A DNA stretch of 64,000 nt, taken from positions 612,095 to 676,094 of the forward strand of contig CAYVOI010000001.1 of NCBI GenBank assembly GCA_964453605.1. The letters run 5' to 3'. Under the pieces are notes generated by a model that ran no database searches, was not told the origin of the DNA, and saw only the letters and a program-made list of their open reading frames with translations. Shown here one piece after another: positions 1 through 7,805 of this stretch. The translations under genes and the position numbers were made by a program. Positions within the stretch are counted from its first letter, which is position 1; each line of letters starts with the position of its first letter. The stretch is from an uncultured Gammaproteobacteria bacterium. GTDB lineage: Bacteria; Patescibacteriota; Patescibacteriia; Veblenbacterales; UBA10138.

Positions 1-297
1 CTTGAGCTTCTCCAACACCTGTTGGTGGGTTTCCTCGGTCACATCACGGAAGCGGAACAGCTCGCCTTGCGTGCCGGTAGGCTGTATCACGACCGTGCCC
101 AAGTTAAGCGGCGCCAGAGCCTGCTGCAGTGTATCAACGGCTGGGCGCGTGCCCTTGAAATCAACTTCCAGTAGGGAGCCGCCGGTAAAGTCGAGTCCAA
201 GCTTAAGGCCCCAGAGCGAGAGGGAGAGAACACCTCCCACAGCCAACAGCCCTGAGAACAGGTACCACCAACCGCGGCGTTGTATCAGACGTACCAT
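1..297 (-). CDS. secF: Protein translocase subunit SecF (N-terminal part, runs off window)
   Basis: Manual translation from ATG at 297: MVRLIQRRGWWYLFSGLLAVGGVLSLSLWGLKLGLDFTGGSLLEV; GLDFTGG motif; directly downstream of secD. Confidence 0.95.
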   Translation of the reverse strand, partial: MVRLIQRRGWWYLFSGLLAVGGVLSLSLWGLKLGLDFTGGSLLEVDFKGTRPAVDTLQQALAPLNLGTVVIQPTGTQGELFRFRDVTEETHQQVLEKLK

Positions 298-300
298 ACG

Positions 301-2058
301 TTAGCTTGGGTTAGCTGGAGTGGCTTTAGGTTTAGAGACACCAAACGGGAACCGCCAGGTGGTCACACGGCCCACAGCTACTAACCTAAGCAAGGTGCGG
401 GTAACCGTGATGGCCGAGAACATGCTCACTAAGATACCTAAGATAAGCGTGATAGCAAAACCTTTTACCAAGCTGGTACCAAACCACATCAGCACGAACG
501 CCGTAATAAGGCTCGAGACGTTAGAGTCGCGAATCGACGTCCAAGCACGCTTGAAGCCCTCTTCAATAGCCTGGGTAAGGGGTTTACCAGCCCTAAGCTC
601 TTCACGTAAACGTTCAAAAATAAGTACGTTAGCATCAACCGCCATACCAATGGAGAGTATGTAGCCGGCGATGCCAGCCAGTGACAGCGTAATAGGAATG
701 AGCTTAAAGATGGCAAGTGTCAGCCCTGAGTAGAGTGCCAGCGCACCAACTGCCAGGAGCCCGGGCAAGCGGTAGTAGGCAATCATAAAGAACGCCACCA
801 GCAGAATACCAAGGAGGCCAGCTAGCAAACTCTTCTCCACAGAGGTGCGGCCTAGGGTAGCATCAACCTTCTCCTGTGTCAGCAGCTTCACGGGCACCGG
901 CAGTGCACCAGAGTTTAGGCGCTGGGCCAGCTGCTTAGCCTCGGGCAGGGTAAAGTTACCGGTAATAACCGCGCTACCACCGGTGATAGCCTGCTGAACG
1001 GTGGGGATGCTGATGGGGCTACCATCCAAAAAAATGGCTACGGGCTTGCCTACGTTGCGGGAGGTGATGTCGGCGAACAGCTTTTTACCTTCCTCGTTAA
1101 AAGTCAGGTTCACCTGGGGTAACCCCGTGCGCTGGTCAAACTCCACGGTTGCGCGCGTGAGCTGCTTACCCGAGAGCTGTGTCGTGACCCAGGTGTCAGC
1201 TGTCGGCGGCTTTTGTGTCTTGATCAAAATGTGGCTAGCGCGAACCTCCAGACCGTTAGCACCTTGCCGCTCGCCGGTTTTCTTAATAATGTGGTAACCA
1301 AAGTCGCTCTGCACCAGCTCCGGGTACACCTGGCCAACTTTAAGGGTCCAGACCGCATCCTCAAAGGGTTTTACCATCACGCCTTTACCAAAGAAGCCAA
1401 GGTCACCACCCGCGACCTTGCTGCCCTCATCCTCCGAGTACTGCTTAGCCAGACTAGCAAAGTCCTCGCCGCGCTTGACGCGCGCGAGCAAGCCTTGGGC
1501 TTTCGTTTTAGCCTCAGCGTTGTACTTGTCAGTGGCCGAGGTGTCTGGTGCCGCGGTGCTCTGCTCTTTAAACTCTAAAATCGGAGTTTCACCAATAACC
1601 TTGATGGCCTGCTGTACGTCCGTAACACCCGGCAGTTCTACGATCACGCGGTAGTTCTCGCCAACCTTGTCGGTCTGGACCAGGGTTTCCGCCAAGCCCT
1701 GCGGGTTCACGCGGCGGTCGATAATATCCCTGACCCCTTGAATAGCATCCGCCTGGTCACTGGAGGCTACGTGCGACATGTCAGCTTGGTACACCAGGTG
1801 GCTGCCACCTCTGAGGTCAAGCCCCAACTCAATGTTGTGCTTGGTAAACCATGAGTTACCAGGTACCCAGGTAGGGAGCTTGGGCCAATCAACCAAAAAC
1901 GCTAGCACAGCCAAGAGCAGTATGGCTATACACGAATGCCATACCTTCTTACGTGGTGTCATGTTCCGGAACAGCAGCTTGTAGAGCCCTACAAACGGCC
2001 ACCAAATGAACCCTAGTGCTGAGCTTATCCCCTCCCCGAGTTTGCGGAAAAACGCCAT
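301..2058 (-). CDS. secD: Protein translocase subunit SecD with an inserted parvulin-type PPIase domain
   Basis: LGLDLRGG, GMAVDANVLIFER and IRDSN motifs; insert FASLAKQYSED..GGDLG..FGYHIIK. Confidence 0.95.
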   Translation of the reverse strand: MAFFRKLGEGISSALGFIWWPFVGLYKLLFRNMTPRKKVWHSCIAILLLAVLAFLVDWPKLPTWVPGNSWFTKHNIELGLDLRGGSHLVYQADMSHVASSDQADAIQGVRDIIDRRVNPQGLAETLVQTDKVGENYRVIVELPGVTDVQQAIKVIGETPILEFKEQSTAAPDTSATDKYNAEAKTKAQGLLARVKRGEDFASLAKQYSEDEGSKVAGGDLGFFGKGVMVKPFEDAVWTLKVGQVYPELVQSDFGYHIIKKTGERQGANGLEVRASHILIKTQKPPTADTWVTTQLSGKQLTRATVEFDQRTGLPQVNLTFNEEGKKLFADITSRNVGKPVAIFLDGSPISIPTVQQAITGGSAVITGNFTLPEAKQLAQRLNSGALPVPVKLLTQEKVDATLGRTSVEKSLLAGLLGILLVAFFMIAYYRLPGLLAVGALALYSGLTLAIFKLIPITLSLAGIAGYILSIGMAVDANVLIFERLREELRAGKPLTQAIEEGFKRAWTSIRDSNVSSLITAFVLMWFGTSLVKGFAITLILGILVSMFSAITVTRTLLRLVAVGRVTTWRFPFGVSKPKATPANPS

Positions 2059-2164
2059 GGATAGTTCAACCGGTAAACAAAAGCCTGAACGCTCAGGCCA
2101 AACGTAACAAACGTACTATAGCATGGAACCTTGGGGGAGGCAAGACAAGCGGCTGTCTAGCAGC

Positions 2165-3928
2165 TTAGGCAATAAAACCGCCTGCCTGTAGCCCCCACAG
2201 AGTTTTGTACAGGCCACCCTTCTTCTCTATGAGCTCTGCGTGGTTGCCCTCTTCCTGCACCGCGCCATCGCGCACCACCACTATACGGTCGAGTTTCATA
2301 ATGGTTGAGAGCCGGTGGGCAATAACCAACGTGGTCTTTCCGCGCATGAGCGTGGCCAGTGCATCTTGGATAAGCGCCTCGGTTTGCGAATCAAGGCTCG
2401 AGGTGGCCTCGTCGAGCACTAGAATAGGCGCGTTCTTCAGAATGGCCCGGGCGATAGCCACGCGCTGGCGCTCACCACCAGAAAGCTTTACCCCGCGCTC
2501 CCCTACAAATGTCTGGTAGCCCCGGGGTAACTTGCTAATGAATTCATCACAGTGTGCCTGTTTAGCCGCCGCTACCACCTCGGCGTCGGTGGCATCACGC
2601 CGACCGTAGCGAATGTTATCTATGAGTGTACGGTGGAACAGCACTGGATCCTGCGGCACAAAGCTTACCCTCTGGCGGAGTGAATCTTGCGTGACCGAGG
2701 TAACGTTCTGACCATCGATGGTAATTTCACCACTCGTCAGGTCGTAGAACCTAAGTAGCAGTGCAACAAGTGTACTCTTGCCCGCCCCAGACGGCCCAAC
2801 CAAACCTACGTGCTCGCCAGGTGCGAGGCGTAGGGAAAAATTCTTAATTACCTGATGTGAGTCTATGTAGGTAAAGTTGACGCCCGTAAACTCCAGCGCA
2901 CCACGTGGGACTTGGAGGGTGGTGGCGCCGGGTCGGTCTTGCACCTGGTGAGGTTCGTTCAGTATTTCTACCATCTCGGCGGCGTCACCAAAGCGTCGGT
3001 ACATGCGACGAATAACCCGCCCGACACCCCACAGCTGGTCGAACACACGTATGACGTACACCTGCACCAGCACAAAGTCACCTATGGTGACAGCTCCTTG
3101 CCGCCAGAGCCTCAAGGCCGCGTAAAATATGGCAAACTCGAGCAGGACCATGAAGGCTACTTGTACTGCTTCGATGGTGGAGTCAAAGTTCCAGCTCCGA
3201 CGATCGAGCTGGAAGCGCTCCTCGGTGAGCTGACCAAACGCTCGCCGCTCATCGCTGTGCGCCGTGAACAATTTCACGGTCGACTGGTTCATGACAGTAT
3301 CAGCCAGGTAGCCACTCACCGCCGAGTCAGCTTTCGCCGCCACCTCGCTGAACTTAAGCTGCTGCAGTGAGAGGAAGTAGTTTATAGTGAGGTAGAGTAT
3401 AAGCCAACCGCTCAGCAGAGCACCGAGCACGGGGTAGCTCAAGAACAGCACCACCAGTATGAAGCTGAGACGGACCACCGTGCGCAGTATTTCCCACAAA
3501 AACATGTCGGTAATGTCTTCAAACGCGCCCACCAGCCGGCCCACACGTTTCACCAGGGCGCCGACAAAGCGATTGCTGAAGAAACCGAACGAGTGCCGGT
3601 GGAGGTACTCGAAACAGGTATTACTGAGTTCGGCAAAAATCCTCGGCTGGAAAAAGTTGTTCGTGAATGTGGCCACGCGGTACATGAGCCACATCAGCGC
3701 ATTAATGCCAAGAATGACGAACAAAATGTGGGCAAGTTGAGGAACTACCAACGCTCGAGCTAGTTCGGTAGTTGCCAGCACGTCGAAAAAACGCTTGTAG
3801 TAGAGCGGTGTTACCACCTCCAGGGCAGCGCCAATGGTGATGGTTGATACAATCAACCAAAACGCGCCGCGGTAGCGGCGCACGTGCTGCCAGAACAGCT
3901 GGTACGTTTGCTTAGTGATGTGCTTCAT
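2165..3928 (-). CDS. ABC exporter, fused permease/ATP-binding protein (MsbA/MdlB-like)
   Basis: N-terminal TM domain; Walker A GPSGAGKS, signature LSGGERQR, Walker B ILVLDE, IAHRLST. Confidence 0.92.
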   Translation of the reverse strand: MKHITKQTYQLFWQHVRRYRGAFWLIVSTITIGAALEVVTPLYYKRFFDVLATTELARALVVPQLAHILFVILGINALMWLMYRVATFTNNFFQPRIFAELSNTCFEYLHRHSFGFFSNRFVGALVKRVGRLVGAFEDITDMFLWEILRTVVRLSFILVVLFLSYPVLGALLSGWLILYLTINYFLSLQQLKFSEVAAKADSAVSGYLADTVMNQSTVKLFTAHSDERRAFGQLTEERFQLDRRSWNFDSTIEAVQVAFMVLLEFAIFYAALRLWRQGAVTIGDFVLVQVYVIRVFDQLWGVGRVIRRMYRRFGDAAEMVEILNEPHQVQDRPGATTLQVPRGALEFTGVNFTYIDSHQVIKNFSLRLAPGEHVGLVGPSGAGKSTLVALLLRFYDLTSGEITIDGQNVTSVTQDSLRQRVSFVPQDPVLFHRTLIDNIRYGRRDATDAEVVAAAKQAHCDEFISKLPRGYQTFVGERGVKLSGGERQRVAIARAILKNAPILVLDEATSSLDSQTEALIQDALATLMRGKTTLVIAHRLSTIMKLDRIVVVRDGAVQEEGNHAELIEKKGGLYKTLWGLQAGGFIA

Positions 3929-3999
3929 GTAACCTCGTATGACGTAAATACAACTCCGCCCTGAGGAGCTACTGTGCCTAACATATACTTAAGACGGAT

Positions 4000-4512
4000 T
4001 TAGCGACGATCCGTTACAGAATTACTCGTACGGCGTGGCCTAGTGGTTACGTACCAGGTGACGTAGGCAATGGTGAGGGCGCTGTAATTCAGAGCCATGA
4101 ACCACGGCTCGGCCCAGGAAAAGCTGTTGACGTGGAAACTCGACAGCGGCCACAGGAACGGGGTGGGGAAAAACGCCGTGCTGTGGGTAAAAATGTCTAT
4201 GCCGATGTGTAAACCCCAAGCACCCAACAGCCATGGCATGCGTTTACCACGAGCGAAATATACGACCACTACCACCGCTACCCACACTACCAAGCTATGC
4301 GTGTAGTTATACAGGTGGTAGACATAGGTCGGTATGCTAAGAAGCTCAGGTTTACCAATTGTGAAAAGTCCCTGAAACAAGCGCTGCACAAAGAACACGC
4401 CAAAACTGGCGAGGTCAGGCGCCACGCCAAAAAACACTGCCCACAGCCGCTGCCGCAGTGGAACTTTCTGGTACACTACTGCTGTCCACAAGCCATGAGC
4501 GAAAATATCCAT
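4000..4512 (-). CDS. Membrane-bound metal-dependent hydrolase-like protein (YdjM-like)
   Basis: H near N-terminus, APD, THS, LHIGID..TH and FLWP motifs; hydrophobic. Confidence 0.6.
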   Translation of the reverse strand: MDIFAHGLWTAVVYQKVPLRQRLWAVFFGVAPDLASFGVFFVQRLFQGLFTIGKPELLSIPTYVYHLYNYTHSLVVWVAVVVVVYFARGKRMPWLLGAWGLHIGIDIFTHSTAFFPTPFLWPLSSFHVNSFSWAEPWFMALNYSALTIAYVTWYVTTRPRRTSNSVTDRR

Positions 4513-4514
4513 GG

Positions 4515-5300
4515 CTATTTGGACAGAATGAGCGCTAGGTCAATAACGAACAGACCGATGATGGCCCACTCGAGCAGGTTGGCCGTGCGGTCTTGCAGCC
4601 GCTCGATAATAAACTCACTTGAGCGCGCCATAATGTTGAGCTTGCGCTCCAGCGCGGCCGCCCGTGGGCCAATGGAGAACTGCGCACTCATCTCCTGATA
4701 CAGGTTCTGCATCTCAAGGCCACGGTCCCAGAGCACGTCGGGGTCGTCTAGGAGCTGTAAGTTGTAGGCTAGCTCGTGGTGTATAGCGAGCGCTAGCCCG
4801 ACCACCTTCACGAGCTCCCGGCGCCTGAGTACTAACCTACCCTCGCGCGAGAGCTGGTCAACCGACTCTTCGAGCTTACCTAGGGTTCGGTCAATCAAAT
4901 CCTCATAGTACTCCAAACTCACCGAGCGTGACAGCACGGTGGCTACCAGTTTTACCGTGTCGAGCCAAAAGGTTTTGACCGTGGCTTCTTCCGTGCTCGG
5001 GGCAGAGCGCCGAACCCCGACGTAGAGAGTAAAGGTGTCAGTGAACTCGCGGCGGTTGGTGCGCGAGGCGTAAGCTTTCAGCCGCTCGAGCCACTGCCTG
5101 GCCTCATCAGCGGTAAAGTTAAAAAAGACTACCGAGCCGTAGGCAAACACCACCACGTACTTATCCACCCGGCTCGCAACCACGAGCGGGCTGCGCTCAA
5201 CCACCTTCCCCCAGCCCTCGGCCGACGGGCGCAGGGCCGCCAGGTCAAAGCTGGTCGCTACGTCATAGGCTAAAACAGAAATGGAACGCAGCGCTGCCAT
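4515..5300 (-). CDS. RMD1/DUF155 (YagE) family protein
   Basis: FAYGSVVFFN, SRSVSLEYYE, LLDDPDVLWD, LEWAIIGL motifs. Confidence 0.85.
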   Translation of the reverse strand: MAALRSISVLAYDVATSFDLAALRPSAEGWGKVVERSPLVVASRVDKYVVVFAYGSVVFFNFTADEARQWLERLKAYASRTNRREFTDTFTLYVGVRRSAPSTEEATVKTFWLDTVKLVATVLSRSVSLEYYEDLIDRTLGKLEESVDQLSREGRLVLRRRELVKVVGLALAIHHELAYNLQLLDDPDVLWDRGLEMQNLYQEMSAQFSIGPRAAALERKLNIMARSSEFIIERLQDRTANLLEWAIIGLFVIDLALILSK

Positions 5301-5321
5301 AGGCTAGTGCTCTGCTAAAAG

Positions 5322-5528
5322 TTAGTACGCTTCACTGTGTGCTACCAGGTAGTGCCCGGCGCTCTCGCGCGTGAGCACGTAGTGTCTACCCTCGTGGTCC
5401 TGGAACTTGGCACGGTGTTCGAGTTTGGCCTGCTCAAACAAGGCCTCAGCTTCCTGCCCCATACCCTCCAGGTGGTAGAGCCCGTGCTCGTCACCTTCGA
5501 CCATGCGATCTAAAATTTTGAGCTGCAT
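5322..5528 (-). CDS. Small hypothetical protein
   Basis: 68-aa ATG ORF packed in operon with ~10-20 bp gaps. Confidence 0.65.
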   Translation of the reverse strand: MQLKILDRMVEGDEHGLYHLEGMGQEAEALFEQAKLEHRAKFQDHEGRHYVLTRESAGHYLVAHSEAY

Positions 5529-5539
5529 ATGCTTAAACG

Positions 5540-6088
5540 TTAGTGGGCACTGCCAGCCGCGGCTTTCTTCCGTGCCTGCTTACGCTCGAGGTAAATAACT
5601 AAGGTGATGAGGAACAGTGCTAAAACCGTTAGAAAAAAGTACCAGGCGGTAATACGGTGGAAGCGGAACAGGTAGAGCGTCACCTCGAACAAAAACTGCA
5701 GACCAAACACAATCGCCACCGTGTTCGACACCCGAAATAGTGCACGCTGCCAGGTGCCGAGGCGCCTGTTTCTGAGGAACAGCATGAGCGCCAAGAAAAA
5801 CACAAACAGCGGCAAGCTGACATAGGAGTGCAGCAGCAGTGAGGTAAAGATGTAGTGCTCCGCCGCACAGCTCTCGCCCCCCAAGGTCGGCAGCAGGCTG
5901 CCCTGGTTACAGCTCTGGTACTGTGGGTTGTAGAGACGGTTCAAATCGTAGAGTCCGCGTTCCCCCAGCGCAATGAGCGTGGCGGCGAGGAGTAGCGCCA
6001 AGAACACGCTCAGCGGCGTCAGGTGGTCTTTGGGTTTACTAAGGTGAGGCGTGTGCTGTACCGGCGGCGCGGTTTGAATGGGTGACAT
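5540..6088 (-). CDS. Hypothetical integral membrane protein
   Basis: About 4 hydrophobic segments, extracytoplasmic Cys pair. Confidence 0.75.
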   Translation of the reverse strand: MSPIQTAPPVQHTPHLSKPKDHLTPLSVFLALLLAATLIALGERGLYDLNRLYNPQYQSCNQGSLLPTLGGESCAAEHYIFTSLLLHSYVSLPLFVFFLALMLFLRNRRLGTWQRALFRVSNTVAIVFGLQFLFEVTLYLFRFHRITAWYFFLTVLALFLITLVIYLERKQARKKAAAGSAH

Positions 6089-6263
6089 ACAGCTCTAGCA
6101 TAGCGCGGGAGGAGCCTGCGGAGCAAGCTCTTGAAATCTCACAACTGTACAAAGAGGTAGGCCACCGTAGCAACCGTGGCGAGAGGCGGTAACTGGCGCC
6201 ACAGCTAAAATGTACGAGGTGCCCGAGCCATACGCTGAGCCTTGACCTGGTGGAGCCTAGCCC

Positions 6264-6803
6264 CTAGGCAGAAGGTACGCGCTGCTTCCTCATAGTTACC
6301 GTACTGCCCTCAAACTCGACCGTATCAAACGCCCCGCGCATAATGGTAATACCGTAGCCACCCTCGGAGGCAGCGGCGGCCGCCTCCACTGCTGCGGTCG
6401 GACCTGGTGGTACAAAGCCCTGACCCTGATCAGTCACCCGCACAACTATGTGCTCCGAGGTAAGGTCGAGCTGCACGTGCACCTTGAGCTTCCCCCGCTC
6501 ACTTACTTGAGCCGCCGCCAGACGTTGGTGGTAGAGCTGCTCGGCCCCGTGCTGCCGCTTCCCTGGCACCTGCAGGTTGCCATGCACTATGGCATTCGTA
6601 ATAGCTTCATCAATCGCCATGGGCACGTTGCCGAGCTCGTCTTCGGTCCAACCAGCAGCGGCTAGGCGTACGGCGAGCTCACGGCGTACAGCCTCAAGCA
6701 CGCCGGTGGTACTCGGGAATACCCAGTCGTTACCCGTGAGCTTTACCTCCTCACTGCCCGGTGGTTCACCACCCTCACGGTGTTCTGGTCGTGCTCCTAC
6801 CAT
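6264..6803 (-). CDS. RsbW/SpoIIAB-like anti-sigma-factor Ser/Thr kinase (HATPase_c_2)
   Basis: N box EAITNAIVHGN, G1 box DQGQGF, G2 box GGYGITIM. Confidence 0.8.
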   Translation of the reverse strand: MVGARPEHREGGEPPGSEEVKLTGNDWVFPSTTGVLEAVRRELAVRLAAAGWTEDELGNVPMAIDEAITNAIVHGNLQVPGKRQHGAEQLYHQRLAAAQVSERGKLKVHVQLDLTSEHIVVRVTDQGQGFVPPGPTAAVEAAAAASEGGYGITIMRGAFDTVEFEGSTVTMRKQRVPSA

Positions 6804-6888
6804 AGCGTTGGTATGGGCTTAGCAGCGGCCACCTACCGACCTGGTCGCACGCTAGTCGCCTAGCAACGGCTAAGCCAGCGCTGGTAGC

Positions 6889-7305
6889 TTACTGCCAGAC
6901 GGCCAAGATCATGCCCGCCACCACCAAACTGACGAGCTGGCAGCTGATACCAATAAGGTAAGCAACCTTCGAGCGACCCTCAAACGTAACACTCGAGAGG
7001 TTGGTGGTAACCACAAACCCCAGCCACAGCCACAGCGCTATGAGGGCGCCCTGGGCAGCCGAGTCCAACAGCGCAAAGCTTATGAGCTGCCCGAGCACGT
7101 ACGTTTTAACAAAGGTAGCCAGGAGCTCAAGGCCCATCGCCCTCGGTGCCCCCTGCTTCATGGCCGCCATCTCGGTGTCAGTTTTACCGAGCGACCTCAG
7201 CCACAGCTTGCCAAAGAGTACAGGTGAGTACCACAGCCAGCCAATAGCCATGCTCACCAAAGTCACCACAAATACCGCCACCAGGTTAACGCTCATTGTA
7301 AACAT
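6889..7305 (-). CDS. DUF1761 family membrane protein
   Basis: GWLWYSPVLFGKLW motif; 4 TM segments. Confidence 0.85.
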   Translation of the reverse strand: MFTMSVNLVAVFVVTLVSMAIGWLWYSPVLFGKLWLRSLGKTDTEMAAMKQGAPRAMGLELLATFVKTYVLGQLISFALLDSAAQGALIALWLWLGFVVTTNLSSVTFEGRSKVAYLIGISCQLVSLVVAGMILAVWQ

Positions 7306-7339
7306 AGAGCTTAAAGGTTAGGGGTTAAGCTACCAGAAA

Positions 7340-7367
7340 ATGGTACCACCAGGCCCTGGACTGTCAA
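7340..7367 (-). promoter_or_regulatory. Sigma70 promoter of DUF1761 gene
   Basis: TTGACA-16-TACCAT with extended -10 TG. Confidence 0.6.
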
Positions 7368-7602
7368 ATAAAAACAAGGGGGCGAGGTCTTCAAATCTCA
7401 CCACCCTTGCACTGTCGACTCGAGAGCAGAGCTGAGGCACTACTCAGCTTTGGTACATACTGCGACGGCCGACAGACCCGAGGCTTAGATTGGAATTGTA
7501 TTACAGGGACACCAGCAGTGGCCAGAGCGATTACGTGGGGAGGTGCACGCATCGCATGTGGGAGCCACTGCTGGGCCCTACACTTTTATCATTTTTTTAA
7601 GT
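7368..7602 (-). ncRNA. Candidate structured sRNA (~235 nt) of unknown family
   Basis: Own promoter, two long irregular hairpins plus terminator hairpin and U tract; G-U pairs favour minus strand; no credible ORF. Confidence 0.65.
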
Positions 7603-7608
7603 GCTCTT

Positions 7609-7637
7609 AGTGTAGCCTGGCCATCGCGTTTTGTCAA
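7609..7637 (-). promoter_or_regulatory. Sigma70 promoter of candidate sRNA
   Basis: TTGACA-17-TACACT. Confidence 0.7.
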
Positions 7638-7723
7638 GCCCTAGTCAAGCTGTCAAGCTTATAGAGTAGTGAACCAGCTCAGCCCGACCGACGGGCACCG
7701 CTCCTATTCATTAGTGGCGGCAC

Positions 7724-7801
7724 TTGACGTACGTAACTCAGGAGCTAAGATGGTGCCCAGAAGACAAACAACTTACCTTAACACACTCATACTAAGGAGG
7801 T
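7724..7801 (+). promoter_or_regulatory. Promoter and strong SD of the 979-aa gene
   Basis: TTGACG-16-TAAGAT at 7724-7751; TAAGGAGGT at 7793-7801. Confidence 0.65.
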
Positions 7802-7805
7802 GCGT

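Noticed and set aside
2-304. 100-aa plus-strand ORF
   Set aside because: Antisense to the secF N-terminus.
6138-6231. Short minus-strand reading MARAPRTF*LWRQLPPLATVATVAYLFVQL
   Set aside because: Internal stop and no supporting signals; cannot be supported as a gene or pseudogene.
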